This document shows positions 24,193-33,938 of a DNA stretch of 40,395 nt, piece after piece. The position numbers and the translations under genes were made by a program. Position 1 is the stretch's first letter; the number at the start of each line of letters is the position of its first letter. This DNA is from a virus. Taxonomy: Duplodnaviria; Heunggongvirae; Uroviricota; Caudoviricetes. The DNA lies in IMG/VR virus record IMGVR_UViG_3300026488_000017, positions 1 through 40,395 of that record; one strand, written 5' to 3'. Under the pieces are notes generated by a model. That model was given only the letters and a program-made list of their open reading frames with translations. It ran no database searches and was not told the DNA's origin.

Positions 24193-25508
24193 TACAGAGC
24201 ACCTAAATCGTTGTTCCACATTGTCGTTTCATCAGTTCCAGCAACTGTGCCGTATTCTGCTTTACCACTTTTAATCTGCGTAAGAAGCTCTTGCACTTTT
24301 TCTTCAGTCAATGAGTAGATTGGCATTCTTAATAAAAAGTCATAAGAACCTTCGTCCATCTGAATGTTATCGACTGTTTCAATCTGTTTAATAATCTCAT
24401 CTTTTTTCTTGTTATTTACTTCAATCGTACCTTTAATTACAGCACTAATAAAGATGTACTTACTAGCAAGAATTCTTAGAGAATTCTTAATACCAGCTAA
24501 CTGTGATGCTTTTCTCTTAGTGAAATACTGTAAACGAATATCTATGAATGCTTCGAGAATTTCTTCAACTGACTTGAAAACTCTAATCTTGTTATTTTCG
24601 TCCATACAAGTGTAGTTCTCTGAAAGTTTTTTAACAAGCTTTAGTTTATCGAGAACCTTTTCATCGTTCCAAGACTTCAATACTTTTGATTCGATATTCA
24701 CTATGAATTTGAATAAATCTCCATCACTTAAATCTTTATAAGACCTAATGACCTTATCATCTTCTAGTTTGTCAAGAACCTTGATATAAGATTTCAGGTT
24801 ATATCCTATAGGCAATTCAGTAATCTCGATGCTTGTGATAGTTTTTCTAACGAATGAACCTTTGATTAGCCATTTATTAGATTCTTCGCCTTGTTCCACT
24901 GTACCAGTAAAACCATTAAAGAAAGGTTTAAGGTCTACTTTTTTCTTAGAGCCGTTGAGTTTATTTTCAATATAATTTCTAATATGTACTGGATTTCTTC
25001 CTAGTACTTTTTGTGCAAAACCCGATGAAATTCCTTCTGACCCATTAATAAGTAATAGAGGCAGTGTAGGTACATAGAAACGAGGTTCAATTTTATCACC
25101 CTCAAATTCTTGCGGTATTAGGATATCGTTATCGGCTTTAAGGAATAATTTATCTGTATATTTTTCTTTCATTGTATAGATATAACGAGGAGCAGATGCT
25201 TCAGGACTAAATCTCGTACCAAAGTTTCCTTCTCTCGTTAGGACTGGTAAATTATTAGTACCAGTGTAATTTTGTGCCATCGTAACGATAACACCTTGAG
25301 CACCACCGTGTAGATATTGAGTGTGTTCGGCCATCTTGTTAGATAACTGGTCCACTTTAATCTCTTTTGTGATATTTTTATCTATAACAGTATATAATAT
25401 TTTACGAGCTGTATTTTTTTGTCCATCAATGTATGAGGCAATCTTACGGAGATTATCGTAAGAAGCATAGTCCACATAATCTGTATTGAAAAAGTCTGTT
25501 ATTTTCAT
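24192..25508 (-). CDS. gp52: DNA topoisomerase II medium subunit (gp52, GyrA/ParC-like)
   Basis: IDGQK, YLHG, GNFGTR, SAPRY catalytic Tyr, LINGSEGISSGF, ITELP. Confidence 0.95.
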   Translation of the reverse strand: MKITDFFNTDYVDYASYDNLRKIASYIDGQKNTARKILYTVIDKNITKEIKVDQLSNKMAEHTQYLHGGAQGVIVTMAQNYTGTNNLPVLTREGNFGTRFSPEASAPRYIYTMKEKYTDKLFLKADNDILIPQEFEGDKIEPRFYVPTLPLLLINGSEGISSGFAQKVLGRNPVHIRNYIENKLNGSKKKVDLKPFFNGFTGTVEQGEESNKWLIKGSFVRKTITSIEITELPIGYNLKSYIKVLDKLEDDKVIRSYKDLSDGDLFKFIVNIESKVLKSWNDEKVLDKLKLVKKLSENYTCMDENNKIRVFKSVEEILEAFIDIRLQYFTKRKASQLAGIKNSLRILASKYIFISAVIKGTIEVNNKKKDEIIKQIETVDNIQMDEGSYDFLLRMPIYSLTEEKVQELLTQIKSGKAEYGTVAGTDETTMWNNDLGAL

Positions 25509-25529
25509 TTGGTTCCTTTTATTCCTATA

Positions 25530-25868
25530 TTATACTTCAATTCTACTTAATAATTCATCTTCATCGAGATATGATGATTCGCTTAATGATATTGATGCCG
25601 CTTGTTGTAAAACAGAATAAACATTCTCGTGTGCTATTTCATCTAAATTATCTACCCATTCAGACAAACTATATCCAACAGTTTCATCTAAGAAATCTAA
25701 AAACTCATCTTCTTTGCTCTCAGCTTCATAACCCAAATCGTAGTTATTACAAATGTATAATTTGGCAACATTTGTTATTTGGTTTGTGATTTGCTCGTGG
25801 ATTACGCTCGTTTCTTCAAGAGCATATAACCCATCTAATATTCTACTTATTTTTTCATCTGGTTCCAT
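25530..25868 (-). CDS. Hypothetical acidic protein, 112 aa
   Basis: ORF track; AAGGA RBS. Confidence 0.7.
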   Translation of the reverse strand: MEPDEKISRILDGLYALEETSVIHEQITNQITNVAKLYICNNYDLGYEAESKEDEFLDFLDETVGYSLSEWVDNLDEIAHENVYSVLQQAASISLSESSYLDEDELLSRIEV

Positions 25869-25877
25869 TATTTATCC

Positions 25878-27734
25878 TTAAAGTTTTATTAAAGAGAATT
25901 CATTGGCCATAATATAACCTTTTCTCTTATCTGAAAATTTCTTATCACCATATAACCAGTCACCTAAGATGCTTGGGTCATCGACTTCAAAAATATCAAT
26001 CATTTTAGAGATAGTATCTTTAGCAATAATTGCTTTCAAATCTTTCTCTTTCCACGAACCTAAACCCTTGTAGTATTTTACTTCGAGTCCTTTAGCTTCA
26101 TTCTCATCGAAATCCCCTATTCTGTACCACCATTTCATTACTTTCCCGGCTTTCTTAGCACCTAGAATCGGTGTATTAAGAACGCCTGTTTTACCTTTTT
26201 CTAAGTATTCAGGTAAATATCTGTGAAAGAAACCTAGTAACAGACCACGAATGTGGATACCATCCAAATCTTGGTCTGTACCATAAATGATGTACTCATA
26301 GCCTTCGTTCTTAACGATGCTATATAATTCTGATAGTTCTGTGTTGTTTGTGAATTTAGACTGACTAGCATCAAAAGCATTGAGTGGTACACCCTTCATT
26401 TCGTAGAAGCCGAATTCTTTTCTACCAAGAACAGGCATTAAACCACCACGAGCAGAAGCACCTTCACAAATCACTAAATATTTTTTCATACCAGTTGCTG
26501 GAAAATATTTCTCTGATTTAATTTTCTTCGTTTTCTTCTCTAAACCTGCTAATTCTTTTCTCTTAGCAAATTCTTCTTTGATTCTATACACTTCAGTAAT
26601 AGGGCCAATGATGTCTTTATTTTTGTGTAGTCTATCTACAATCTTATCCCAATCAGGTTCATCTATTTGCGACTTGAACTGCGTAAAAGTGTTTGAACAA
26701 ACAGATTTAATTTGGTCTTCAAAACGGGGATTAAACATACCATCAAATAAAACAATAGTAAACAGTTTATTCTTAACATCTCCACTCTTAATGTTTGGAT
26801 ATTTCTTAGAAATTTTATCAGTCAATTTACCTGAGATAGCATTCATAGCCCAATTCATAGGTTTACCGCCGTTATTAACATTCAGACCGTTAATATAATG
26901 AACAAATTCAAAGTTATCATTTGGATTGTTCATAACAGCGATTTTAAGACCACGGACTTCGATAATCTCAGGAGAACCTTCGTAGAAATTAGAATACATA
27001 TCTACATAATCTTTGAAGTTCTTAGCCTTAATCGTTACACCATTGATAGTGAACTTGATTTTGGGATACATAAGAGCTAGATTAAGCACATCATAAGCTA
27101 ATATTTCCTCGTGAATTTTAGTGAAACCATTAAGACCAAAGATACTATAATCAGGTAAGAAGTGAACTAATGTCCCAGGTGCCTTAGAAGTTTTTCCTTG
27201 TTTTACTTCTTTCTCTGATAGATTATCTTTCGCTTTCAATGTGAATATTTTACCATCATTAATAGTTGTTCCAGTAAATTCTTTAGAGAAAATACAAGTC
27301 AATGAAACACCTTCACCATTCTGTCCTAGAGTAGCATTGTCTTCGGCGTCATCAAAATTTGAACCAGCATCAAGCTCTGTCCAAGCACCCTCTGGCATCA
27401 TCATATTGATTTCTACATCATCATCCGATTCAATAGGGATAATTGGGATACCTCTACCGTTATCTCGGACAGAAATATAATTATCTTTCGTTACAATGTC
27501 AATCTTATTAGCAAATTTGTAGTTTGTTCTTACGCCTTCATCGATACAATTATCTATAACCTCTCTAATGATTTTGATAAGACCTGGGACAAATTTGATT
27601 TCTTGTTTTGCTATTTTCGAGTCACTTAAAAAGTATCTCATTTCTTGAACAGCTTGAACAGCACCGATATAACGATTTGGTCGTTTCAGTACTTTTGTGA
27701 TAGCAGATATTTTTCTTACATTATTAGCTTGCAT
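25878..27734 (-). CDS. gp39: DNA topoisomerase II large subunit (fused gp39+gp60; GHKL ATPase + TOPRIM)
   Basis: EVIDNCIDE, DNGRGIP, GSNFDD, GQNGEG, EGASA, TDQDLDG, YYKGLGS. Confidence 0.95.
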   Translation of the reverse strand: MQANNVRKISAITKVLKRPNRYIGAVQAVQEMRYFLSDSKIAKQEIKFVPGLIKIIREVIDNCIDEGVRTNYKFANKIDIVTKDNYISVRDNGRGIPIIPIESDDDVEINMMMPEGAWTELDAGSNFDDAEDNATLGQNGEGVSLTCIFSKEFTGTTINDGKIFTLKAKDNLSEKEVKQGKTSKAPGTLVHFLPDYSIFGLNGFTKIHEEILAYDVLNLALMYPKIKFTINGVTIKAKNFKDYVDMYSNFYEGSPEIIEVRGLKIAVMNNPNDNFEFVHYINGLNVNNGGKPMNWAMNAISGKLTDKISKKYPNIKSGDVKNKLFTIVLFDGMFNPRFEDQIKSVCSNTFTQFKSQIDEPDWDKIVDRLHKNKDIIGPITEVYRIKEEFAKRKELAGLEKKTKKIKSEKYFPATGMKKYLVICEGASARGGLMPVLGRKEFGFYEMKGVPLNAFDASQSKFTNNTELSELYSIVKNEGYEYIIYGTDQDLDGIHIRGLLLGFFHRYLPEYLEKGKTGVLNTPILGAKKAGKVMKWWYRIGDFDENEAKGLEVKYYKGLGSWKEKDLKAIIAKDTISKMIDIFEVDDPSILGDWLYGDKKFSDKRKGYIMANEFSLIKL

Positions 27735-27803
27735 TGGTTTCCTTTTTGATGAATGTTTAGAGTGTATTATAATAGATTTTTACTTAATATTTTACTCAAT
27801 ATT

Positions 27804-28193
27804 TTACCACTCGTCCATATAAGCTTCAGATTCACCGAAATCGTAATCGTATTTGAGTGCATCACCTTGTATGATATTTATGTGCAGTGTATTCCTGTTT
27901 GTTTCTGTGTCACCACAAATTTCTAGTAAGCGTTTTCGTGTCGTTTCTACATTATCAGGCATTAAATCAACACCGTAGATATTATGAAGAGGAATGCCTC
28001 TTTTGGCTAAAGCAGTTAAGAAATTACCTGAACCCATCGTTGGGTCTAAAAATGTCTTATCTTGTGGAGGGTTTGACCAGTCGATACCTAATGAATCTAG
28101 CATTTTTTGAACGAGAGAATCAGGTGTGAAAACCTCTCCCGTTTCTTTTACGCGTTCATCACGGTCATCGCTGTAGTGGAATTCTTCTTGCAT
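27804..28193 (-). CDS. N6-adenine MTase SAM-binding half (motifs X and I, no NPPY); probable start MQEEF at 28193
   Basis: GEVFTP, LDPTMGSGNFL, GVDLMPDN, IIQGDAL, then ends. Confidence 0.78.
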   Translation of the reverse strand: MQEEFHYSDDRDERVKETGEVFTPDSLVQKMLDSLGIDWSNPPQDKTFLDPTMGSGNFLTALAKRGIPLHNIYGVDLMPDNVETTRKRLLEICGDTETNRNTLHINIIQGDALKYDYDFGESEAYMDEW

Positions 28194-28194
28194 A

Positions 28195-28473
28195 TTAACT
28201 ATTGAGTTCTGATAATCCAACCCATAGATTATCTTCATTGAATGATTTACCTTGTAGAAATGCTAAAGCAGTACTACATTCAGATATAATGCCTTTATAG
28301 ATGTCTTCGCACTCTGAATGTTTGTTATCAGATAGAAAGTCTATGTTTTCTCCCATAGTACCCGAAATAATGCTGTTTGCTTCAGATTCATATTTTGTGT
28401 TCTTTGCAGTACTACGAATATTTGATACAATCTCATTGTATTTGTTTCTTTCTTGGTTAGTTAAATTTCTCAT
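28195..28473 (-). CDS. Hypothetical protein, 92 aa
   Basis: ORF track; AAGGA RBS; early promoter at 28504. Confidence 0.7.
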   Translation of the reverse strand: MRNLTNQERNKYNEIVSNIRSTAKNTKYESEANSIISGTMGENIDFLSDNKHSECEDIYKGIISECSTALAFLQGKSFNEDNLWVGLSELNS

Positions 28474-28495
28474 TGTCTTATCCTTTTATTTGTTA

Positions 28496-28538
28496 TATGT
28501 AATATTATAACATAAGTTATCTAAGAGCCACCTTAAAT
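28496..28538 (-). repeat. Repeated early-promoter cassette (ATATGTAATATTATAACATAA), also at 29636 and 32066
   Basis: 21 nt identical in three copies, plus AGCCACCTTAAAT in two. Confidence 0.8.
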
Positions 28539-29618
28539 AAAGTCTTTATACCAATCTTTTCTGAATTCTTTTATGAACTTGTACATTGTACCCAAGCCAT
28601 CGATTGAAATACCTATGTTACTACTTCCAGTAAACTTCTGCTGTAAGAGCCTAAATTTTTCAGAGTCTATAGCTTGCTGTATTTCTACTAGATTCTCTGG
28701 TTCATCTACTATACCAGCAGCAAACTGTGCTAAACCATATTTACCAGTTTCATCAATAATAGAAGTTTTGCTACCTTTTTTAATAATAAGTTTTGGTACA
28801 CCAAAATGACCATTCTGGTTAGTATTTGAATACATCAAATTTATACCGTTTTTATTTGTTATAGTGTATATAATAGGGTATTTGAACTCAACTGTTTCAT
28901 CTTTTACTATGTTCTTTTTATCTGAACCATATGCACTTCTACTGTAAAGTAATTCAACTTTTTCTTCGCCATCTTTTGCTCTGATTGATTCAAAAATATC
29001 AAGCCCATCAGTAGGTATTAAAGGGTTAGTTTTGATATTCATTTCAAAATCTTTATTGGTTCTAGTATTGATTACTACTTCTCCATTACTAGGTTCTTTT
29101 ACTAAAGTTATAACATCATAATCAGTTGTAGCCCCAAAAGTTTCTTCGCCCCTGAAAATATCGTTTAGTTCCATTTTTACTATTTTATTTGTTGTGTATA
29201 TCTCTTTAATCTTTTTGAGGTTCGTACCAGAAGTATCTAGTGCAAATCTCCAACCACCTGGGTGTACAGAAGTCATTGTGCCTCCATCCTTAAGTAGTTC
29301 ATAACTCTTAATAACAATTTTAGCCCAAATAATTTGGGTCTTTTTATCGCCTACAGGTACTTCATAAGGAGGGTTTTGTGCTATATGGTCAAATTTCATT
29401 CCAAAATCCTTTTTTAAATATTCTTCAGCTGTGATAATGTTTAGTTCAATAGTATCTATCTCGTGTATTCTGAATTGGCATCCAGCTATAGCTTTAATAC
29501 AAAATTGTTCGTTCTTATCTTTAACTATTAGTGTTATTATATCATTTTTATGCTTAATAATTTCGGGGAAGGCTTCTGTAACAAAAGACTCTCCCCTATA
29601 TGCTAGTAATACATTCAT
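28533..29618 (-). CDS. Eco57I-like adenine MTase catalytic domain + TRD, with degenerate motif I
   Basis: FDHIAQNPPY, ELLKDGG, HPGGW. Confidence 0.8.
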   Translation of the reverse strand: MNVLLAYRGESFVTEAFPEIIKHKNDIITLIVKDKNEQFCIKAIAGCQFRIHEIDTIELNIITAEEYLKKDFGMKFDHIAQNPPYEVPVGDKKTQIIWAKIVIKSYELLKDGGTMTSVHPGGWRFALDTSGTNLKKIKEIYTTNKIVKMELNDIFRGEETFGATTDYDVITLVKEPSNGEVVINTRTNKDFEMNIKTNPLIPTDGLDIFESIRAKDGEEKVELLYSRSAYGSDKKNIVKDETVEFKYPIIYTITNKNGINLMYSNTNQNGHFGVPKLIIKKGSKTSIIDETGKYGLAQFAAGIVDEPENLVEIQQAIDSEKFRLLQQKFTGSSNIGISIDGLGTMYKFIKEFRKDWYKDFI

Positions 29619-29661
29619 TTTATTTCCTTCCTTTATATGTAATATTATAACATAAATCTGA

Positions 29662-32043
29662 TTAAATATAACTTAAATATAAAGAAACATTTTCTGAAAT
29701 ACTCTCATCATTAAGTGTTACATTTCTAAATATTGATTCCACTGATTCCTTAAATAGCTCATTTGATAGGTTATTTACAAAATCTTCTTTATTTAGTACT
29801 ACAATGTCGCTCCAATCAGCACCGATTAAATCTTGTAAATTACTATGTCCTGCAATATAACTCAAATAAGGCAATGTTCTTACAATATCTATGTATGTTT
29901 CAAGTAACTTTTCATCTGCACTTGTTTTGTTGTTGAAATCTATAACAACTGAATCTCCAGTAGGTTTATCTTTTTTAGTTTTAGATACACTTAATGTTAC
30001 TGAGCTCTTTTGTGCTTTTGATTTTGATGTTTTAAGGTCTTCATCTATTGAAAGTAATTCTTCCCATAATCTAGCTACGATGTATTTTGTTGAATCAGTA
30101 TATTTCATCATTTTATCGATTTCAACTATAACTGTATCATCATTTGTACCTAAAGTAGTAACCGTCATACCATCGTTATTTTCTTTATATACTACATCAC
30201 AAAATGTACTTCTTTCTAAGAATATTTTTGTTTTTGTTTTACCATCTTCATTTGCTCTAATAGAACCATTTTCAACCAAAAACAACTCTGCAGCAAGATT
30301 ACAACTACCAAACGATACTCTCATTATATCGGCATCTTGAATTGGTTGAAATATTCTTATAGAGTAATCATAAGTTAAACATCTTGAAATCTTTTGATAA
30401 AATGTACCATTAACTTCATTGTCATCGAATACTACAACTCTCCTAATTTCGGGTATACTATATGAACGAGAACCCATTAACATACTAAATATTACAAGTC
30501 TTTTGTTTATACCTAATTTTCTCATTGTAGATATTTTCTCTTTAGTTTTAGCTTGAGCACTTCTATTAGTCATATCTTTCTCATTACCAGTTAATATCAT
30601 AGTTTCAAATTCAGGATACATTTCATTGAATTGTGATACAAACTCTCCTAATGCTTTAACAGTTCTACTTGGAGTAAATACCATTACTGCTTTAGTCTTT
30701 TTAAGATTAAGTTTTCGTTCTTGTTTGTCACTAACATACTGATAAACATAGTTTGCTAATGTGTCCCAAGTATCAGGCTGATTAAATGCTTGATTAACAT
30801 TCATAATTTCTAACGATGCTTGTTGATTTTTAGTCAAATTACTTAAATCAACACCTCTCTCTTGCATTGACTCTTTAATGTCTTCAATTATACCAACCAT
30901 ATCGAATTGTACATTATAGAAGTTTCTTCTTACTAATGTATCAACACCATAACCACTCAAATCTGTATAGTTAGTGTGTTCAAAATGTACATCTTCTTCA
31001 GCTATACCTTTAAATATTTTAGATGCTTTGTAAATACCAGTTCCTGACATAGCAATTTGTTTGATAACATTAAAGTTGCTCTTAATTGCTTCAAGGAATA
31101 ATACAGCTTTATCTGTATGTGAAGCTATGTCTGCTTCATCTGTAACCATTACCACCAAATCAGTTGGTGATATTTTTGTTTTCAGAACCTCAATTCGTTT
31201 ATCTATAAGTACTTCTATTGGTACATTCTTTTCTTTACCTGAACCGACAAATAATGAACCTTCTTCACATAAATCAAAACCACCGTGAATATCAAAACCA
31301 AACTCATTATAATCTGATACGAATGAAGCATTACTAGCAAGATTTTTTGATGCCGGTAAAAGAACAACTCTTTCATTTGTTTTGCTTGCTATTCTTTTAA
31401 CTATTTCATTTGTATTCAAAGTCTTTCCGAATCTAGGAGATAATGATAATAAGTTGTAAAATTTATCTGCTTTCATTAACATATTAACACTAAGGTCTTG
31501 CCAAGGTGTTAATTCATAATCTTTATATCCATCTTTACCCGTAAGTTTTTTTACAGCAGTTTCTTTTGCTTTGTAAATTCTTTGGTCTAATGCACTCATA
31601 AATTCTTTATCTGTTAGGAATTTATCAAATACAAATTGTTCGACTAGATTTTCTGTATGTACTGCAGAAGATGATTGTAAATTGATGAATTCAGCTCTTA
31701 ATTCACTAAAGTTATCAATCAAATCATCAATTTTTACTAATGACCATTCGTGTCTTTTTGATTTATTTTCTATTCTTTCAAAATGCAAGAAATTATCTGT
31801 TTTATGTAGTTCGCTACGAATATCATCATCTAGTTTAACATTTGTATTATCTTCTACCACCAAAGTACTTAATAGTATAATATCAGCCGTACTTGATGAA
31901 TTATCTTGTTGTTGTAGTCTATCTTCAATCTCTTGTGCTAATGTTAGTCCTTGTTTAACGAGTAACCAACCATCAGTCGTAGCAAGTGACCGAATAAATT
32001 CAGTAAGTGAAGTAAATGAGTATTGTTTGTTGATTGAGTTCAT
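29662..32043 (-). CDS. Restriction-enzyme-like protein: N-terminal T5orf172/GIY-YIG-like nuclease + SF2 helicase-like domain
   Basis: VKQGLT...IEDRLQQQ...DDDIR...HEW; PRFGKT, TDEAD, MSGT, YQKISR. Confidence 0.65.
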   Translation of the reverse strand: MNSINKQYSFTSLTEFIRSLATTDGWLLVKQGLTLAQEIEDRLQQQDNSSSTADIILLSTLVVEDNTNVKLDDDIRSELHKTDNFLHFERIENKSKRHEWSLVKIDDLIDNFSELRAEFINLQSSSAVHTENLVEQFVFDKFLTDKEFMSALDQRIYKAKETAVKKLTGKDGYKDYELTPWQDLSVNMLMKADKFYNLLSLSPRFGKTLNTNEIVKRIASKTNERVVLLPASKNLASNASFVSDYNEFGFDIHGGFDLCEEGSLFVGSGKEKNVPIEVLIDKRIEVLKTKISPTDLVVMVTDEADIASHTDKAVLFLEAIKSNFNVIKQIAMSGTGIYKASKIFKGIAEEDVHFEHTNYTDLSGYGVDTLVRRNFYNVQFDMVGIIEDIKESMQERGVDLSNLTKNQQASLEIMNVNQAFNQPDTWDTLANYVYQYVSDKQERKLNLKKTKAVMVFTPSRTVKALGEFVSQFNEMYPEFETMILTGNEKDMTNRSAQAKTKEKISTMRKLGINKRLVIFSMLMGSRSYSIPEIRRVVVFDDNEVNGTFYQKISRCLTYDYSIRIFQPIQDADIMRVSFGSCNLAAELFLVENGSIRANEDGKTKTKIFLERSTFCDVVYKENNDGMTVTTLGTNDDTVIVEIDKMMKYTDSTKYIVARLWEELLSIDEDLKTSKSKAQKSSVTLSVSKTKKDKPTGDSVVIDFNNKTSADEKLLETYIDIVRTLPYLSYIAGHSNLQDLIGADWSDIVVLNKEDFVNNLSNELFKESVESIFRNVTLNDESISENVSLYLSYI

Positions 32044-32110
32044 AATATTTTCCTTCTTTCTCTTTATATGTAATATTATAACATAAGTAACCTTACAGCC
32101 ACCTTAAATG

Positions 32111-32698
32111 CTAATATTTCTTGATAGGTAACCGCCACCCATATCTTATTGCTACTATTCTGATTAATATACCCGTACTGATAATCATTATTGAATACAT
32201 TGGTACGAGATATGTTAAAATTCCTATGATGATTGCTACTGTACCATAGAAACCCTCTGATAATAAAAACGGACTCTTACTCATTACTACATCACGAATA
32301 AGTCCACCACCAGTTGCTGTGAGTAACCCTAAGAATACAATACCCATAAAATTGAAATCGTATTCTATACCTATCAAGGCTCCACTATAAGCGAAGACGG
32401 CTAGACCAATAGTATCACTAAGGACGAACACTTTACTATCTTCAAGTTTCTGTACAGAATTTATTTTTAGGAAAAGGCTGATTACTATAATAGAGAGAGA
32501 AATAAATAATGGATAACTTTCAGTAAATATAAACGGCGTTCTATCTACTAATAAATCTCTAACAACACCTCCACCAAAAGCAGATATGAATGAGATAATA
32601 ACAATACCCAATAGGTCCATTTTATTTCTTACTGCAATAATAAATCCAGATATAGTGAAAGCGATAGTACCGATGAGGTCAAGGATAAGTAATTCTAT
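32111..32698 (-). CDS. Trimeric intracellular cation channel (TRIC/YadS-like) membrane protein; probable ATA start at 32698
   Basis: LDLIGTIAFTISG, GGGVVRD, DTIGLAVF, TATGGGLIRD, LPIK; AAAGGA lies 5 nt before ATA. Confidence 0.85.
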   Translation of the reverse strand: MELLILDLIGTIAFTISGFIIAVRNKMDLLGIVIISFISAFGGGVVRDLLVDRTPFIFTESYPLFISLSIIVISLFLKINSVQKLEDSKVFVLSDTIGLAVFAYSGALIGIEYDFNFMGIVFLGLLTATGGGLIRDVVMSKSPFLLSEGFYGTVAIIIGILTYLVPMYSIMIISTGILIRIVAIRYGWRLPIKKY

Positions 32699-32713
32699 GG
32701 GAGTCCTTTGAGG

Positions 32714-32731
32714 TTTATAAATATTTATAAA
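32714..32731. promoter_or_regulatory. Perfect 18-bp palindrome TTTATAAATATTTATAAA carrying a TATAAATA late promoter on each strand
   Basis: + strand 32716-32723, - strand 32722-32729; sits between divergent genes. Confidence 0.75.
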
Positions 32732-32752
32732 ATGAGAGTGAAGGAGAAAAAT

Positions 32753-33298
32753 ATGAAAAAAGATGTGATGGGTTTCCAAGACTTTGCTAGACTATTAGAT
32801 AGAGGTGATATGAATGATATTAGTAGAGCAATCGATGGAATCGACCTGAATCAGAAAGCACCAGCGTTTCACCTACCATTATTTCATATAGCTGTAGGTG
32901 GCGGGAATATGAATCTTATAAAATTAATGTTATCCAAGGGTGCTGATATTAATATAAAGGGTAGTGATGGTGCAGATGCAATGTTCGTTGCTGGTCGTAG
33001 AGGTGATGTCGATGTAATTAAATTTCTCGTAAAGAAAGGTGTGAGTGTAGATACTATTTCGGATGAAACGACTGCATTAGCACAAGCAGTCGTTAGTGGT
33101 TCATTTAATGCAGCGAAAGCTATGTTAGCTGGGGAACCTGATATTAGTGTAAAAACTTATGAGGGCAAAATAGTTGATTTAATGGATAAAAGTGGAAAAT
33201 TTAAGAAAATTGTTAAAGATTATAGAGAAGATGAAGAGGAAATTGAATTCCTCTCTAAAACGAAAAAACTAGGTAAGTACGCAGATTTACTGCGTTAA
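32753..33298 (+). CDS. Ankyrin-repeat protein ending in KLGKYADLLR (true start MKKDV at 32753); the only clear plus-strand gene
   Basis: LFHIAVGGGN...KGADINIKG, TTALAQAVVSG; AAGGAG RBS. Confidence 0.92.
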   Translation: MKKDVMGFQDFARLLDRGDMNDISRAIDGIDLNQKAPAFHLPLFHIAVGGGNMNLIKLMLSKGADINIKGSDGADAMFVAGRRGDVDVIKFLVKKGVSVDTISDETTALAQAVVSGSFNAAKAMLAGEPDISVKTYEGKIVDLMDKSGKFKKIVKDYREDEEEIEFLSKTKKLGKYADLLR

Positions 33299-33299
33299 C

Positions 33300-33938
33300 C
33301 TAGTTCGTTCTATAAGCGTAAAAACTACCTAAATCTATTTCTTCACCGTCATAACTAGAAAGTGTATTAGCTACACCATCAGAATCAATAATCATTTCAG
33401 CTAATTCTTCTTCATCAACTAAATTATTCTTCTTAACTGTCGTTGAAAGTTCATCTTCACCAAAGTTATTTTTGAACCATTCAACTGAATCATTTTCCAT
33501 CATATAATCAGCTAATTCATCAATTTTTCCTTCAGCTTCTGAAGCTAAATCATCCATTGTATCCGACTCATCTTCATCAAATGCATCCATTAGCCCCGCA
33601 TCAACTAATTCTTCGTGTAGTCTGTTAGCATATAAGTCATCATCTGAAGACTCTTCAGATTGGATATCTTCAGCGTATGCTTCGTGAGATTCTTTTTGAA
33701 CATCATCAAACCAACCATCTTCTACTGTATCCATTGCCCAAGCAGAAACTAAATCGCTAAGACCGAATACACCAATATCATCAAATAAATCAATAATACT
33801 AGTCATAGCTAATTCGCGACCTTCATCTTCTGTACAAACTATATAGTCACCATCTTCAGTGACCATTTGGCCATATTCTTCTACAATATCGACTTCATCC
33901 AATTCTAAATATTCAGCTAGTGCTTCAATTTTATTCAT
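33300..33938 (-). CDS. Highly acidic protein, 212 aa (about 66 D/E vs 9 K/R); possible DNA mimic
   Basis: Composition counted by hand from the ORF track. Confidence 0.75.
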   Translation of the reverse strand: MNKIEALAEYLELDEVDIVEEYGQMVTEDGDYIVCTEDEGRELAMTSIIDLFDDIGVFGLSDLVSAWAMDTVEDGWFDDVQKESHEAYAEDIQSEESSDDDLYANRLHEELVDAGLMDAFDEDESDTMDDLASEAEGKIDELADYMMENDSVEWFKNNFGEDELSTTVKKNNLVDEEELAEMIIDSDGVANTLSSYDGEEIDLGSFYAYRTN

